Shown: positions 20,199 to 31,654, counted from the first letter of the stretch. The stretch is DNA of 64,000 nucleotides from an uncultured Actinomycetes bacterium (GCA_963758695.1 CAVWWM010000006.1:77167-141166), one strand, 5' to 3'. The notes: generated by a model from the letters alone, not told the origin. Made by a program: numbers and translations.

Positions 20199-21396
20199 CC
20201 ACGTGTCTCGGGGAGCAACAGAATCAGTAGAGCCGCCACCACCATCCCGACGGCGAGGATGCTGACCGTCTGCGACAGACCGAGGGTATCGATGGTCGCC
20301 GCGCCCAGCGCCAGTCCGGCCACCGACCCGAGTACGCCGAAGTTGTTGAGCCAGGTGACGGCTGTCGCCCTCTGCCCGGTGGGAAAGAGCTCGTTGCGCT
20401 GGGCGCCAACCGACGGGATGGCGGCGAAGGCACCGAAGGTGGAGACGAACACCGCCCCGGCGAGGGCAAACGGATCGTCCAGCCAGTAGAGACCGAGCCC
20501 ACCGGCTACCGCCAGCAGGAACCCGATGATCGTGCCGACGCGCCTCCCCACCTCGTCGGCTATCCGGCCGCCGATGAAGAATCCGACCCCGCCAAGGGTG
20601 CCCCCGATGAGGCTGATCCAGACTGCAGTCCCCACCGAGAGCCCCACGTCGTTGACCAACCGCTCGAAGCTGAAAGAGATGGCGACGGTGGTGTAGGCCG
20701 CGGCGAGAAAGGAGCTGATCGCCAGGACCACGAAATTGCGACGGTTGGCTCCCCCGAGCGGGGCGAGCAATCCGGTTCTACCCAGGTTGTACTCGTCGTG
20801 GATCGGGCTCTCCCTCACATGCCGGGCGAGGAAGGGGAGGGCGAGCAAGCCGAGGACGCTGGCGGCGAAGAGCAAGCGCCACGACTGGTCGCCGAGTCGG
20901 GCGATGGGCAGCGCTACCAGGGCGATCCCGGCGCCGAAGCTCCCGCCGGCCCCGTAGATCGACAGCCCGTACGCCCGCACCTGGGGGAGAGCTGCTCGAC
21001 AATGAGCACTATGGCGAGGACGCCGACTGCGGTGGTCCCCATCCTGACGAGTGCCTGGAGACCGGCGAACACGGCCGGCTCATAGGCGAGTGCGGTAGCT
21101 GCGTTGGCCGCCATGAGGATGGCGAAGGTGATCAGAAACGGGCCGCGGCGTCCGTATCGGTCGCCTCGAACCGTGAAGGGAAAGGCGAGGAACGCCCCAA
21201 GCCGGGCAATGGCTAGAAGGCTGCTCATCTGCCCCTCGGTCATATCGAGGCTGAGCCGGACGAAGGGAAGGGTGTTCGTCACCTGGGCCTGGGCAAAGCC
21301 CTGCAATACCGCCGCCACCCACATCACCGCCGAAACCCGTCGGTCTTCGCGGGTGAAGGCCGACACGGGGAGTAGCTGGTTGAACAAGCGCCTCAT
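20165..21396 (-). CDS. MFS transporter, one frameshift near 20950
   Basis: The N-terminal part is the 20914..21396 ORF (MFS motif FTVRGDRYGRRGPFL). The C-terminal part is the 20165..20980 ORF. Both are multi-TM. Confidence 0.7.
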
Positions 21397-21615
21397 CGGC
21401 GGGCTACCTGGTGCGCGCCCACGCCGATCGACCTGAAAGTCGATGGCATCTCCGAGGACCCACGAACTCCAGCGGCGTCCCCCCGACGGAGGAGTCCTCG
21501 GCGGGCATGGCCTCGGAGGTTAGCCATCGGGTGGGACGCGGCGGGGTCAGCGCCACCTGGTGACGACACTGATCTGGGATGATGACCCGATGACGAGCCG
21601 GCATGCGAGCGCTCC

Positions 21616-22390
21616 TTGTCGGGCGGTGCGTCGTTGACCGAGGTCCCGCTCCTTGTCGCCTTCGGCGCCGGGATCATCTCTTTCATCTCTCCCTGCGTGC
21701 TCCCCCTGCTCCCCGGATATCTGAGCCTGATGTCTGGCTACTCGGTTGCCGAGTTGGAGACCGGGGCAGCCGCAACGGGCAGGATGCTCCGGGCAACGGG
21801 ACTATTTGTCGCCGGGTTCACCGCGGTGTTCGTTGCTCTCGGTGCCGGTGCGACAGCCGTCGGGTCCGCTCTCGAGGGCGAACCTCGACGTGGCGGAACG
21901 GGTTGCGGGGTGGGTAGTGGTCGGATTTGGCGTCCTCCTGCTGGTCATGTCGCTTTCGACGTCTCCCCGGATATCCGGACTGACCCGGGAGCGACGCATC
22001 GATGTCCGTCCGTCCCGGTTGGGCATGTGGGCACCCCCATTGATGGGGGTGGCCTTCGGATTCGCCTGGACGCCGTGCATCGGGCCGGTGTTGGGGGCGA
22101 TTCTCACCACGGCGGCGGTGCAGGAGAGTGTCGGGAGGGGGATGCTTCTCCTTCTCTTCTACGGGCTGGGGCTCGGTGTCCCCTTCATGCTCGCCGGAGT
22201 CGCCTTGGGCCGTGCGATGGGTGCCGTCCGGTGGCTGCGGCGGCACAGCCGAGCTATCGGCGTCTTCTCGTCCGTGGCGCTGATCGGCTTCGGGGTGATC
22301 ATGATCACCGGGAACCTCTCGGTCATTGCGAGCTGGGTGACCGAGTTCTTCGAGTCCACCCCCCTCCGCAGCATCATCGACAGCATCTGA
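21616..22390 (+). CDS. ccdA: Cytochrome c biogenesis / disulfide-reductase membrane protein CcdA (DsbD family), one frameshift near 21890
   Basis: The N-terminal FISPCVLPLLPGYLSLMSG (first Cys motif) is in the 21616 frame. FGFAWTPCIGPVLGAILTTAA (second Cys motif) and the C-terminus are in the 21746..22390 frame. Confidence 0.75.
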
Positions 22391-22391
22391 C

Positions 22392-23919
22392 GTGCGGCCC
22401 GGTTGGGCCGAGCCGGTTCCTACGCTTCGGGCCATGAGGGAAGTCACCCCCGGTCGCGACGAGTTTCTCGAGTTGGCGCGTCTCCACCCCGTGATCCCGG
22501 TGACGACCAAGGTTCTCGCCGATCGGGAAACTCCAGTCAGCGCCTACCAGAAGTTGGTGGGAGAAGGGCCCGGCTTCCTGCTCGAATCGGTCGAAGGCGG
22601 TGAGCAGTGGGGGCGCTGGTCCTTCCTCGGTTGGGACCCCTTGTTCACCCTCGTCTCGCGGTCCGGCAACGTGACCATCGAGGGCGACGCGCTCGGGATC
22701 GAACGGTGGGGAAGGGACTCCTCTCGAGGTGCTGGAACGGGTGCTCTCCAGCCTCACGGCACCCGACCTCTCCGGATTGCCACCGCTCCATTCCGGGCTG
22801 GTCGGGTATCTCGGGTACGACTGCGTCCGTTACATCGAGCACCTTCCCGCCATGCCCCCCGACGATCGCGGGCTGCCCGAGATGGTGTGGCACGCCGTGG
22901 GGTCGCTTGCCGCATACGACCGGTTCACCGAGGTGGTGACTCTGGTGCGGAACACCCGCCCCGGCCCGGATCCTGGCACCGACTGGGATGACGCGGTCGC
23001 CGCTCTCGACGAGTCGACTCGCCGGCTCGGGGCAGCGGCGTCGTACGAGCCGCGGCCTGCACCGTCGACGATGGCTGCGCTAGACGGCTGGTACGAGTCC
23101 ACCATGGATCAGCCGGCCTTCGAGGCCGCGGTCCGCTCCGCCAAAGACCAAATCAAACAAGGTGAGGCGTTCCAGATAGTGCTCAGCCAGCGGCTCTCCA
23201 GCGGGTATGACGGCAAGCCGTTCGACGTCTACCGGGCTTTGCGGCTGATCAACCCATCGCCGTTCCTCTTCTATGTGAGCCATCCAGACGTGATCGTTGC
23301 CGGCTCGTCACCCGAGCTGATGACCCGAGTGCGCGACGGCGTGGTCTACAGCAGACCGATCGCTGGGACCCGCCGCCGGGGCTCGTCGCCGGCGGAGGAC
23401 CTGGCCTTGGAAGAGGAGATGCTCAACGACCCGAAGGAGCTTGCAGAGCACGTCATGCTGGTCGACCTGGCGAGAAACGACGTCGGGAGGGTGAGTGAGT
23501 TCGGCACCGTCACCGTGGACGAGCTGATGTCGGTCGAGCGCTACTCCCACGTCATGCACATCGTCTCGGGGGTGTCTGGAAAACTCCGACCCGGGATCGG
23601 CCCGGTGGACGTCCTGCGGGCGACCTTCCCCCATGGGACGGTCTCTGGCGCGCCCAAGGTGCGCGCCATGGAGATAATCGACGAACTGGAGCCGGTGGCT
23701 CGCGGTCCGTACGCCGGCGCCGTCGGCTACCTCGACCTCTCGGGCAATGTGGACACTGCGATATGCCTCCGTACCGTCGTGGTGGCGGACGGGACCGCCT
23801 GGGTCCAGGCGGGGGCAGGGATAGTGGCCGACAGCGAGCCGGGCGCCGAGTACGAGGAAACGATGAACAAGGCGGCTGCCGCTCTGACTGCTCTCCGATT
23901 GGCTCAAGATGTCGGGTGA
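22392..23919 (+). CDS. trpE: Anthranilate synthase component I, one frameshift near 22740
   Basis: The N-terminal ETPVSAYQKLVGEGPGFLLESVEGGEQWGRWSFLGWDP is in the 22392 frame. The chorismate-binding C-terminus (GTRRRGSSPAEDLALEEEML...RGPYAGAVGYLDLSGNVDTAICLRT) is in the 22729..23919 ORF. Confidence 0.85.
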
Positions 23920-24861
23920 CGTGGACGTCATCGCCGAGTACTCCGCACTGCGGAGCGCCGCCGGTGTGGTTGAAGCAAGGCACCAGATGGTCGTTGCCGA
24001 GGGGCCGGACGCGGTCCGCTTCCTCGAGGACCTCCTATCCCAGGAGGTGGCGGCCCTGCCGGTCGGTGAGGTGGCGAGGTCGTTGCTCCTCGGCCCGCAG
24101 GGCAAGCTGCGGGCGCTGCTGTGGCTGCTCCGTGGCGAGGATCGGGTGGCGATGATCGCCGATGCCGGGGTGGCGCAGACCGTGCTCGACGACCTTTCCC
24201 AATACAGGATCCGGGTGAAGCTGAGCCTGCGGCTCGACGAGCGGCCGATGTTCGACCTGATCGGCCCGGGTTCTGAGCACGTCCTGGACCGGGCCGGGCT
24301 GACGGTCCCACCCGGGTGGCACGACGATGAAGGGTTCCTGGTTGCGAGGGCCCCACTTGGCCCGCATCCCCGGTTTTTCGTGGCCGGTGAGGGTGCCATG
24401 GATCGGTTGAGCGCAGCGGGGGCCGTTGGCCCTCCGGGTTGCTGGGATGGCGGGCGGTCAGGGTCGAGGCGGGCGAGCCGGTGATGGGCGTGGATGTCGA
24501 CGAGCGGACCATCCCCCAGGAGGCCGGGGTGGTGGAGGAAACGGTCTCGTTCACCAAGGGCTGTTATCTGGGCCAGGAGTTGGTAGCCCGGATCGACTCA
24601 CGGGGCCATGTCAATCGCCTACTGCGCGGTGTGGTGATCGAGACCAACGTGCTCCCCCCGGAGGGCGCCGGACTCTGGATGGATGACCGTCAGGTGGGTG
24701 CGATCACATCGGTGGCCGAGTCGCTCACGGTCCGAGCTCCGGTCGGGCTGGCGCTGGTGCGGCGCGAGGTGTCGCCGGGTGATCGGGTCGAGGTTCGTTG
24801 GGATCAGGGCACGGCACCGGCCATGGTGAGCGAACTGCCGCTGGTGGCGGGTCGGGACTGA
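23909..24861 (+). CDS. YgfZ/GcvT-like folate-binding protein, one frameshift near 24440
   Basis: Diagnostic KGCYLGQE([11 protein letters not shown]) is in the 24439..24861 frame. The N-terminal [36 protein letters not shown] is in the 23909 frame. Confidence 0.65.
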
Positions 24862-24889
24862 CCTCTCTCGGCTGTACCGTTCGCACGAG

Positions 24890-25690
24890 ATGCTCGACCG
24901 GATCATCGCAACTGTCCGCCGTCGAATTCCCGATCTGGCGGCTCGATCGGCGGAGCTCCGCGGTGCGGCGCTCCGGTCACCGCCCGTGCGTTCGCTGACT
25001 GCGGCGGTTACCGCGCCCGGAGCCAGGGTGATCGCCGAGATCAAGCGGCGCTCTCCGTCGCGGGGAGTGCTGGCGCCTGATCTCGACCCGGCGGCCCTCG
25101 CCGCGGCGTACCAGACGGGCGGTGCGGCGGCCATCTCGGTCCTTACCGAACCGGAGTTCTTCGGAGGGAGCATCGCCGATCTCAGAGCGGCGGCGGCGGC
25201 GGTGAACGTCCCCGTGCTCCGCAAGGACTTCATGCTCGACCCGGCGCAGATCTGGGAGAGCCGGGCGATCGGCGCCGACGCCGTCCTGCTGATCGTCGCC
25301 GCCCTCGAAGATCACATGCTGGCCAGGCTGATAGCCACCGCGGCAGAGGCCGGAATCGAGGCGCTGGTAGAGATTCACGACGAGGTGGAAGCGGAAAGGG
25401 CACGCGCCGCCGGCGCCAGTCTCGTCGGCGTCAACGCTCGAGATCTGGCCACCTTCGATCTCGATCTGGGTATCGCCGAACGGCTGGCTCGCCGGCTCGA
25501 AGGGTTCGAAGGACGCGTTGCGGAAAGCGGGATCACCGGACCCGCCGACGTCACACGGATGGTTGCCGCGGGGTACGACGCCGTTTTGGTAGGGGAGAGC
25601 CTGGTGCGCGCAGAGCGACCCGGCGGCGGCCGTGGCGCGGCTGGTAGCCGGCAGAAACGGGCGACACCGCCGTCGGGCCGGAGGAGCCGC
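24890..25690 (+). CDS. trpC: Indole-3-glycerol phosphate synthase
   Basis: [65 protein letters not shown]. The 832-aa track ORF starting here is read-through into trpF and trpB. Confidence 0.8.
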
Positions 25691-25695
25691 CCGCC

Positions 25696-26268
25696 TGTGA
25701 CGTGGGTCAAGGTATGCGGGGTCTCCGAGCGAGCGATCGCCGAGGTCGCAGTGCAGGCGGGAGCCGACGCCATCGGCTTCGTACTGGCGGCATCACCGCG
25801 CCGGGTCACGATAGATCAGGCGCGCCGGCTCGGCACGGGCATCCCGGTGGCGAAGATCTTGGTGACGGTCGGCATGACACCACACGAGCTAGTCGAGACG
25901 GTCGAGCAGACCGGGGCCGACGGGGTCCAGCCATACGGCCGCCATGCGGTCCGCGGCGGCGCAGACGGCGCAGAAGAGCGGCATCCAGGTCCTTTGGCCG
26001 GTGCGGGTCAACGGCGCGGTGGACCTGGACACCGTCCCATCGGGTCAGATCCCGCTGCTCGACGCCGCGGCGCCCGGCGTCCACGGGGGTTCGGGTCGGC
26101 CTTCGACTGGAGTTCCATCGGAGACCAGCACCGTGACTTCGTCCTAGCCGGCGGACTTGATCCCGAGAACGTGCCGATGCAGTCGCCGAAGTCCACCTTT
26201 CGGTGTCGACGCATCGAGCGGGCTCGAAACGGCTCCGGGCGTGAAAGATGCCGAGCGGGTCCGCATGT
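25696..26268 (+). CDS. trpF: Phosphoribosylanthranilate isomerase, frameshifted
   Basis: [34 protein letters not shown] ... FDWS ... [12 protein letters not shown], with the C-terminus in the 26157 ORF frame. Boundaries approximate. Confidence 0.6.
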
Positions 26269-27480
26269 ACGTCGAGCGGGCCAAGGCGGCGTCGGGCGTG
26301 ATCCCGGCGCCGCTCGACCGTCCCGACGGAAATGGGCGATTCGGCGACTATGGCGGGCGGTTCGCCCCGGAGACGCTGATGCCGGCATTGGCCGAGTTGG
26401 AGTCGGCGTTCGCCGATGCATGGTCAGACCCCCGGTTCGTCACCGAGTTCCAGACATGGCTAGCCGGGTTTGTCGGGCCGGCCCACACCGCTCTACGAGG
26501 CGCCGACGGATCTCAACCGAGCTCGGGATGCGTGTCCTGCTCAAGAGGGAGGACCTGGCGCACACCGGGGCGCACAAGATCAACAATGCCATCGGTCAGT
26601 GCCTTCTGGCCCTCCGGATGGGAAAACCGAGGGTGATAGCGGAGACCGGGGCCGGCCAGCACGGGGTGGCCACTGCCACGGCCGCCGCCGCCATGGGCCT
26701 CGGGTGCACCGTGTACATGGGTGAAGTGGACATCGAGCGACAGGAACTCAACGTTGTGCGGATGCGGCTGCTCGGAGCCGAGGTCGTCCCGGTGGCCAGC
26801 GGTGCCGGGACGTTGAAGGATGCGGTGAGCGAGGCTTTGCGGGCCTGGGTGGCCGCGGTGGAGGACACCCACTACGTGATCGGGTCGGTGGTGGGGCCGC
26901 ATCCCGTACCCGTGGATGGTCCGCGAGTTCCAGAAGGTGATCGGCGAGGAGTGCATCGCCCAACTCGACGGCGAGACGCCCGACATGGTGGTGGCGTGCG
27001 TCGGCGGCGGATCGAATGCCATCGGGATCTTTCACCCTTTCTTGGGAGGAGCGTCGACCTGGTCGGAGTGGAAGCCGCAGGGGAGGGGATCGAGAGCGGC
27101 CGTCACGGCGCATCGATCGGAGCGGGGACGCCCGGGGTTCTCCATGGCGACATGGACCCTGATGCTCCAAGACTCCGATGGCCAGGTGCTCGAGGCGCAC
27201 TCGATTTCGGCCGGGCTCGACTACCCCGGTGTAGGCCCGGAGCACGCCTACCTGCGCGACGCCGGGTTGGCCCGCTACGACTCGGTGACGGACGAAGAGG
27301 CGCTGGATGGATTGCGGCTGCTCGCCAGCACCGAGGGCATCATCCCTGCGCTGGAGTCGGCCCACGCCATCGCTTGGCTCGCCCGTGAGCAGGAGTCACT
27401 CGCCGGAGCGGACCGTGCTCGTCTGCCTGTCGGGCCGGGGCGACAAGGACGTCCACCAGATCGAGGCCAAGCTGCAGTGA
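26266..27480 (+). CDS. trpB: Tryptophan synthase beta chain, frameshifted
   Basis: [23 protein letters not shown] (26157 frame); [24 protein letters not shown]...[10 protein letters not shown] (24890 frame); [27 protein letters not shown] and [15 protein letters not shown] (26916 frame). Ends ...[15 protein letters not shown] at TGA 27478-80. Confidence 0.8.
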
Positions 27481-28269
27481 ACCGGGTCGCGGGGTTGTTC
27501 GAACCGGGACGCACCGCCTTTCTCCCCTTCATGACGGCCGGGCTACCCGACCCCGATTCGTCACCGCGTCTCTTTGCCGCCATGGCAGAAGCCGGCGCAG
27601 ACGGCTTCGAGGTTGGGATCCCCTACTCCGACCCGTTGATGGACGGACCGGTCATTCAGCGGGGGAGCGAGGCCGCGCTGGCGGCGGGCACGTCAATGCA
27701 GGTGGCATTTGAGACGATCGAAAGGGTCGCCGAGGTCCACCGGTCGTCCACTATTGGCGATGACCTACGCCAACCCGGTACTCCGGATGGGAGCGGACGA
27801 GTTCTGCCGGCGTCTGGCTGCAGCGGGCGCCGATGGGTTGATCGTCCCCGACCTTCCACTCGAGGAGTCCGGCGAGGTGGCCTCTGCCGCCGCCCGCCAC
27901 GCGCTCGGGATGGTCCAGTTCGTCGCACCCACTACGGGTGAAGAGCGTCTCCGCCGCGTGGCGGCGTCACGGCCGCTCTTCATCTACGGGGTGGCAGACC
28001 TCGGCGTGACCGGGGAGCGGTCCGAACTGAGCAGCCATGTCTCCGACCTTTCGAGCCGGGTACGGGAGATCACCGATGTGCCCTTGGTGCTCGGCGTCGG
28101 CATCTCGACACCCGATCAGGCGGCAGCGGTCGCGACGTACGCGGACGGGGTCATCGTCGGTTCGGCTCTGGTCCGTCTCGTTCTCGAATCGGATGACACC
28201 GACGACGCCATCGAGCGGTTGGCCGCCGCCGTTGGCGAATTCCGTGCTGCGTTGGACGGCACCATCTGA
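27477..28269 (+). CDS. trpA: Tryptophan synthase alpha chain, one frameshift near 27740
   Basis: GTG 27477 overlaps the trpB stop (GTGA). AFLPFMTAGLPDPD...GADGFEVGIPYSDPLMDGPVIQ is in the 26916 frame. The C-terminus (LIVPDLPLEE...VGISTPDQAAAVATYADGVIVGSALV) is in the 27709..28269 frame. Confidence 0.8.
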
Positions 28270-28516
28270 GCTTCGGCCCAGGTGCACCAGGTTTGGGTGG
28301 TGCCGAGGGAGCCCTGGGTCTCAAGGAGACCGAATAACGAGCTACGGCCATCCACCAAGATTCCGAAACGCCCAGCCAGGGAGTGGGGGAGTGGGGGGAT
28401 GCGGCAGGACGTTGTCGATTCGGTCTGGTAGATGGCCGTTGCTCGCCAACGACATTACCCCACCCCGCCGACTTGCGGAAACCACTCTCGGGAGTGCCCG
28501 CTCGCCGATCCTCTGC

Positions 28517-28548
28517 CTTCCGTCTTCCGTCTTCCGTCTTCCGTCTTT
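28517..28548. repeat. (CTTCCGTC)4 octamer tandem array, = (GACGGAAG)4 on the minus strand, immediately 3' of tRNA-Leu(CAA)
   Basis: cttccgtcttccgtcttccgtcttccgtc read directly; it abuts the tRNA 3' end. Confidence 0.9.
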
Positions 28549-28553
28549 ATCGG

Positions 28554-28635
28554 TGCCGGAGGCGGGACTCGAACCCGCACGGAGTCCCCCAATGGATTTT
28601 GAGTCCATCGCGTCTACCAATTCCGCCACTCCGGC
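28554..28635 (-). tRNA. tRNA-Leu, anticodon CAA
   Basis: Reverse complement reads gccggag-tg-gcgg-aattggtag-acgc-g-atgga-CTCAAAA-tccat-(long variable arm tgggggactccgtgcgg)-gcggg-ttcgagt-cccgc-ctccggc-a. The acceptor stem pairs, the T-arm is GTTCGAGT, and the anticodon loop has CAA at positions 34-36. The long extra arm is typical of Leu. Confidence 0.85.
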
Positions 28636-28651
28636 AGGCGGGCGAGTGTAG

Positions 28652-28987
28652 TTGGTTTCCCGCCGAGAGCTCCGAACACATGTTCGCCGGTATCATCGCT
28701 CCATGGGAAATCGCATCGAGGCCAAGCTCTTCAAGGTCAACCAGCGGATCATCGAGCTCCGGGAGCAAGAATCACGCACCTCGGCCGAACTCGACATGCT
28801 GCGGGCACTCGACGACGACTTCCAGCGCGACGCGGCGGTGACCGATAACCCGGGGGACCGCGCCGACGCTCAGCGTGCCCATGCCGACGTCGAGCGGTTC
28901 GAACGCGTCCTCGCCGACCTGGCCGCCCGCAGGGGCCGGCTAGAGAGCCAGCGAGAGACGCTGCTTGCTCGGCTCGACGGCGGTTGA
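28652..28987 (+). CDS. Small coiled-coil hypothetical protein
   Basis: ORF with charged, heptad-like composition (MGNRIEAKLFKVNQRIIELREQESRTSAELDMLRALDD...). No family assigned. Confidence 0.35.
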   Translation: MVSRRELRTHVRRYHRSMGNRIEAKLFKVNQRIIELREQESRTSAELDMLRALDDDFQRDAAVTDNPGDRADAQRAHADVERFERVLADLAARRGRLESQRETLLARLDGG

Positions 28988-29029
28988 GCGGGTCCTAAGG
29001 TCAGCAACACCAACTCACCAGCGGATCCG

Positions 29030-31654
29030 ATGCCAACGCTCGCCCTTCTCGACGGTCATAGCCTCGCCTATCGCGCCTTTTTCGCCCTCCCGCCCGATTT
29101 AGGGACCCAGTCCGGCCAGATCACCAACGCGGTGTACGGGTTCACCCGGATGCTGCTCAAGCTGGTCGGCGACCACCATCCCGATGCCATTGCCGTCACT
29201 TGGGATGTCAGCCGGAACACCTTTCGCCTCGCCGAGTACGCGGAATACAAGGCGAACCGGAGCAGCGCCCCCGACCAGTTCCGCAGTCAGCTCCCATTGA
29301 TCCGCGAGGTGATGGACGCCCTCGGGTACTCGCAGTTGCAGCTGGAGGGCTACGAAGCCGACGACGTGATCGCATCCGTGGCCGGGAAGGCGATCGAGGA
29401 CGGGTGGGATGTCCTCGTGGTGACCGGGGATCGCGACAGCTTCCAATTGGTCGGCGACCATCTCAAGGTGCTCTACACCCGTCGGGGCATTTCGGACACC
29501 GTGCTGGCCGATGCCGGGTACGTGGAGGAGCGGTACGGTATCCGCCCCGACCAGTATCTCGACTACGCCTCGCTGCGCGGCGACACCTCCGACAATCTCC
29601 CTGGTGTCCCCGGTGTGGGCGAGAAGACCGCCTCTCGGCTGATCGCCGAGTACGGCGACCTCGAGGGCATCTACGAGCATCTCGAAGACCACAGCCCGCG
29701 GCTCAAGTCCAATTTGGAGGAGCATCGCGAGCAGGTCTTCCTCAACCAGCGGCTCATGCGCCTGGTCGATGACCTCGATCTTGCCGTGTCACCGACGGAG
29801 CTGATCCAGGCCCCGTGGGACCGCCGGGTCGCCAAGGATCTGTTCGAGAGCCTCGAGTTCCACAGCATCTTCAACGAGCTCGACGCCCTCTGGTCCGACC
29901 AACCGACGGGCGCCGAGACACTCGATGTGGACGTCACAACCGTCAGCGACACCGGTGAGGTCGCCCGGCTCGCCGAATCGAGACCATTGGTGCTGGTGCC
30001 GGTCTGGGAGAGCGATGCTCTCGGGGGGCTGGCCGTTCCCGACGATGGAGCAGCCCGGTATGTGCCGTTGGCCGCGGCCGGCCCGTTGCTCGAAGCGATC
30101 GGGGACGATACCCGCCATCGGGTGGCGCACGACGCCAAGGATCTGCTCCGCCATCTGATCGAGCAGGGATTGCCCGTGGATGGTCCGCTCTTCGACACCG
30201 CTCTCGCTGCCTATGTCGTGCAACCGGCGACCAGGACATACGACCTGGAAGAGCTGTCGGTGCGGTACCTCGGCATCCAACTGGGGCCGGGCGAGGAGGG
30301 CGATCCGGCTGCGAGCGCCCAGGGCATGCTCGACTTCTCGGAGGGCCCCGACATGGCCGATGCCGGTCGGAGGGCGGTGGTCACCGGGCGGCTGGCCGAA
30401 GAACTCCACACCGAACTCGAGGAGCGGGGAGAGCTCGAGCTCTTCGCCGAGATCGAGGCGCCGTTGGTGGCGGTCCTCGCTCGAATGGAGGCGGCCGGGA
30501 TCGGGGTTGACCAGCCCTATCTCGAGGAGCTGGGAGAGAGTCTCCGAGATCAGTTGGCCACGCTCGAGCGCGACATCCACCAGGCAGCCGGCGAGCCGTT
30601 CAACGTCAACTCGACAAAGGAGCTCCGGCACGTCCTCTACACGACCCTGGGGCTGCCCGCATTGAAGAAGACGTCCACCGGTGTGCCCTCCACCGACGCA
30701 TCGGTGCTGGCCAAGCTGGCGGATGCCCACCCCATGGTCGAGCTATTACTCCGCTATCGGGAGTTGGAGAAGCTCCGCTCGACCTACGTCGACGGGTACC
30801 TGCCGCTGATCGGGCCCGATGGGAGGATCCACACTCGGTTCAACCAGATGGCGGCGACGACGGGCCGGCTCTCCTCGGACCGTCCCAACCTGCAGAACAT
30901 CCCGGTCCGCTCCGAGACCGGCAGGACCATAAGACGGGCATTCGTCGCCCGGCCGGAGTGGCGCTTCATGGTGGCCGATTACTCGCAGATCGAACTGCGG
31001 GTCCTGGCGCACATGTCGGGCGACCCGGGCCTCGTCGAGGCGTTCGAGTCCGACGCGGACATTCATACCGCAACAGCCGCCCGGGTCTTCGGTCTGGAGC
31101 CGGAGAACGTCATGCCGGAGATGCGACGCCGAGCCAAGGTGATCAACTTTGGCCTGCTCTATGGGATGGAGGCGTTCGGGCTAGCCGACCGGTTGGGGAT
31201 ATCGCGCGATGAGGCCAAAGAGCACATTGACGCCTACTTCGCACAGTTCCCCGATGTGCGCGACTTCATGCGGGGCACGGTCACCGAGGCACGCAACCGC
31301 GGTTACACGACGACTCTCTTCGGACGGCGCCGCTACCTACCGGAACTGCAGAGCGACAACTTCCGGGTCCGTCAGATGGGCGAGAGGATGGCGCTCAACG
31401 CCCCGGTACAGGGAACGGCGGCCGACATAATCAAGAAGGCGATGATCGAACTCGACAGACGGCTGGTCGACGAAGCCATGGAGACCACGCTCCTCCTCCA
31501 GATTCACGACGAGCTTGTAATGGAGACACCTGCCGGAGAAGAGGCGACGGCAGGCGAGTTGATCGTCGAGGTGATGGAGGGCGTGACCAAACTGAGGGTG
31601 CCACTACGCGCCGATCTGGCCTCGGGTGCCACGCTGGCCGACACCAAGGCTTGA
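29030..31654 (+). CDS. polA: DNA polymerase I, intact 874 aa
   Basis: 5'-3' exonuclease N-terminus (LLDGHSLAYRAFFA, VTGDRDSFQLV), the 3'-5' exo-like region, and the polymerase motifs RRRAKVINFGLLYGM, QIHDELV, LQVHDE-like. Single ORF. Confidence 0.95.
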   Translation: MPTLALLDGHSLAYRAFFALPPDLGTQSGQITNAVYGFTRMLLKLVGDHHPDAIAVTWDVSRNTFRLAEYAEYKANRSSAPDQFRSQLPLIREVMDALGYSQLQLEGYEADDVIASVAGKAIEDGWDVLVVTGDRDSFQLVGDHLKVLYTRRGISDTVLADAGYVEERYGIRPDQYLDYASLRGDTSDNLPGVPGVGEKTASRLIAEYGDLEGIYEHLEDHSPRLKSNLEEHREQVFLNQRLMRLVDDLDLAVSPTELIQAPWDRRVAKDLFESLEFHSIFNELDALWSDQPTGAETLDVDVTTVSDTGEVARLAESRPLVLVPVWESDALGGLAVPDDGAARYVPLAAAGPLLEAIGDDTRHRVAHDAKDLLRHLIEQGLPVDGPLFDTALAAYVVQPATRTYDLEELSVRYLGIQLGPGEEGDPAASAQGMLDFSEGPDMADAGRRAVVTGRLAEELHTELEERGELELFAEIEAPLVAVLARMEAAGIGVDQPYLEELGESLRDQLATLERDIHQAAGEPFNVNSTKELRHVLYTTLGLPALKKTSTGVPSTDASVLAKLADAHPMVELLLRYRELEKLRSTYVDGYLPLIGPDGRIHTRFNQMAATTGRLSSDRPNLQNIPVRSETGRTIRRAFVARPEWRFMVADYSQIELRVLAHMSGDPGLVEAFESDADIHTATAARVFGLEPENVMPEMRRRAKVINFGLLYGMEAFGLADRLGISRDEAKEHIDAYFAQFPDVRDFMRGTVTEARNRGYTTTLFGRRRYLPELQSDNFRVRQMGERMALNAPVQGTAADIIKKAMIELDRRLVDEAMETTLLLQIHDELVMETPAGEEATAGELIVEVMEGVTKLRVPLRADLASGATLADTKA

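Noticed and set aside
24890-27388. 832-aa ORF suggesting a TrpC-TrpF-TrpB fusion protein
   Set aside because: Conserved motifs of trpF and trpB fall in other frames. The long ORF is out-of-frame read-through, not a fusion.
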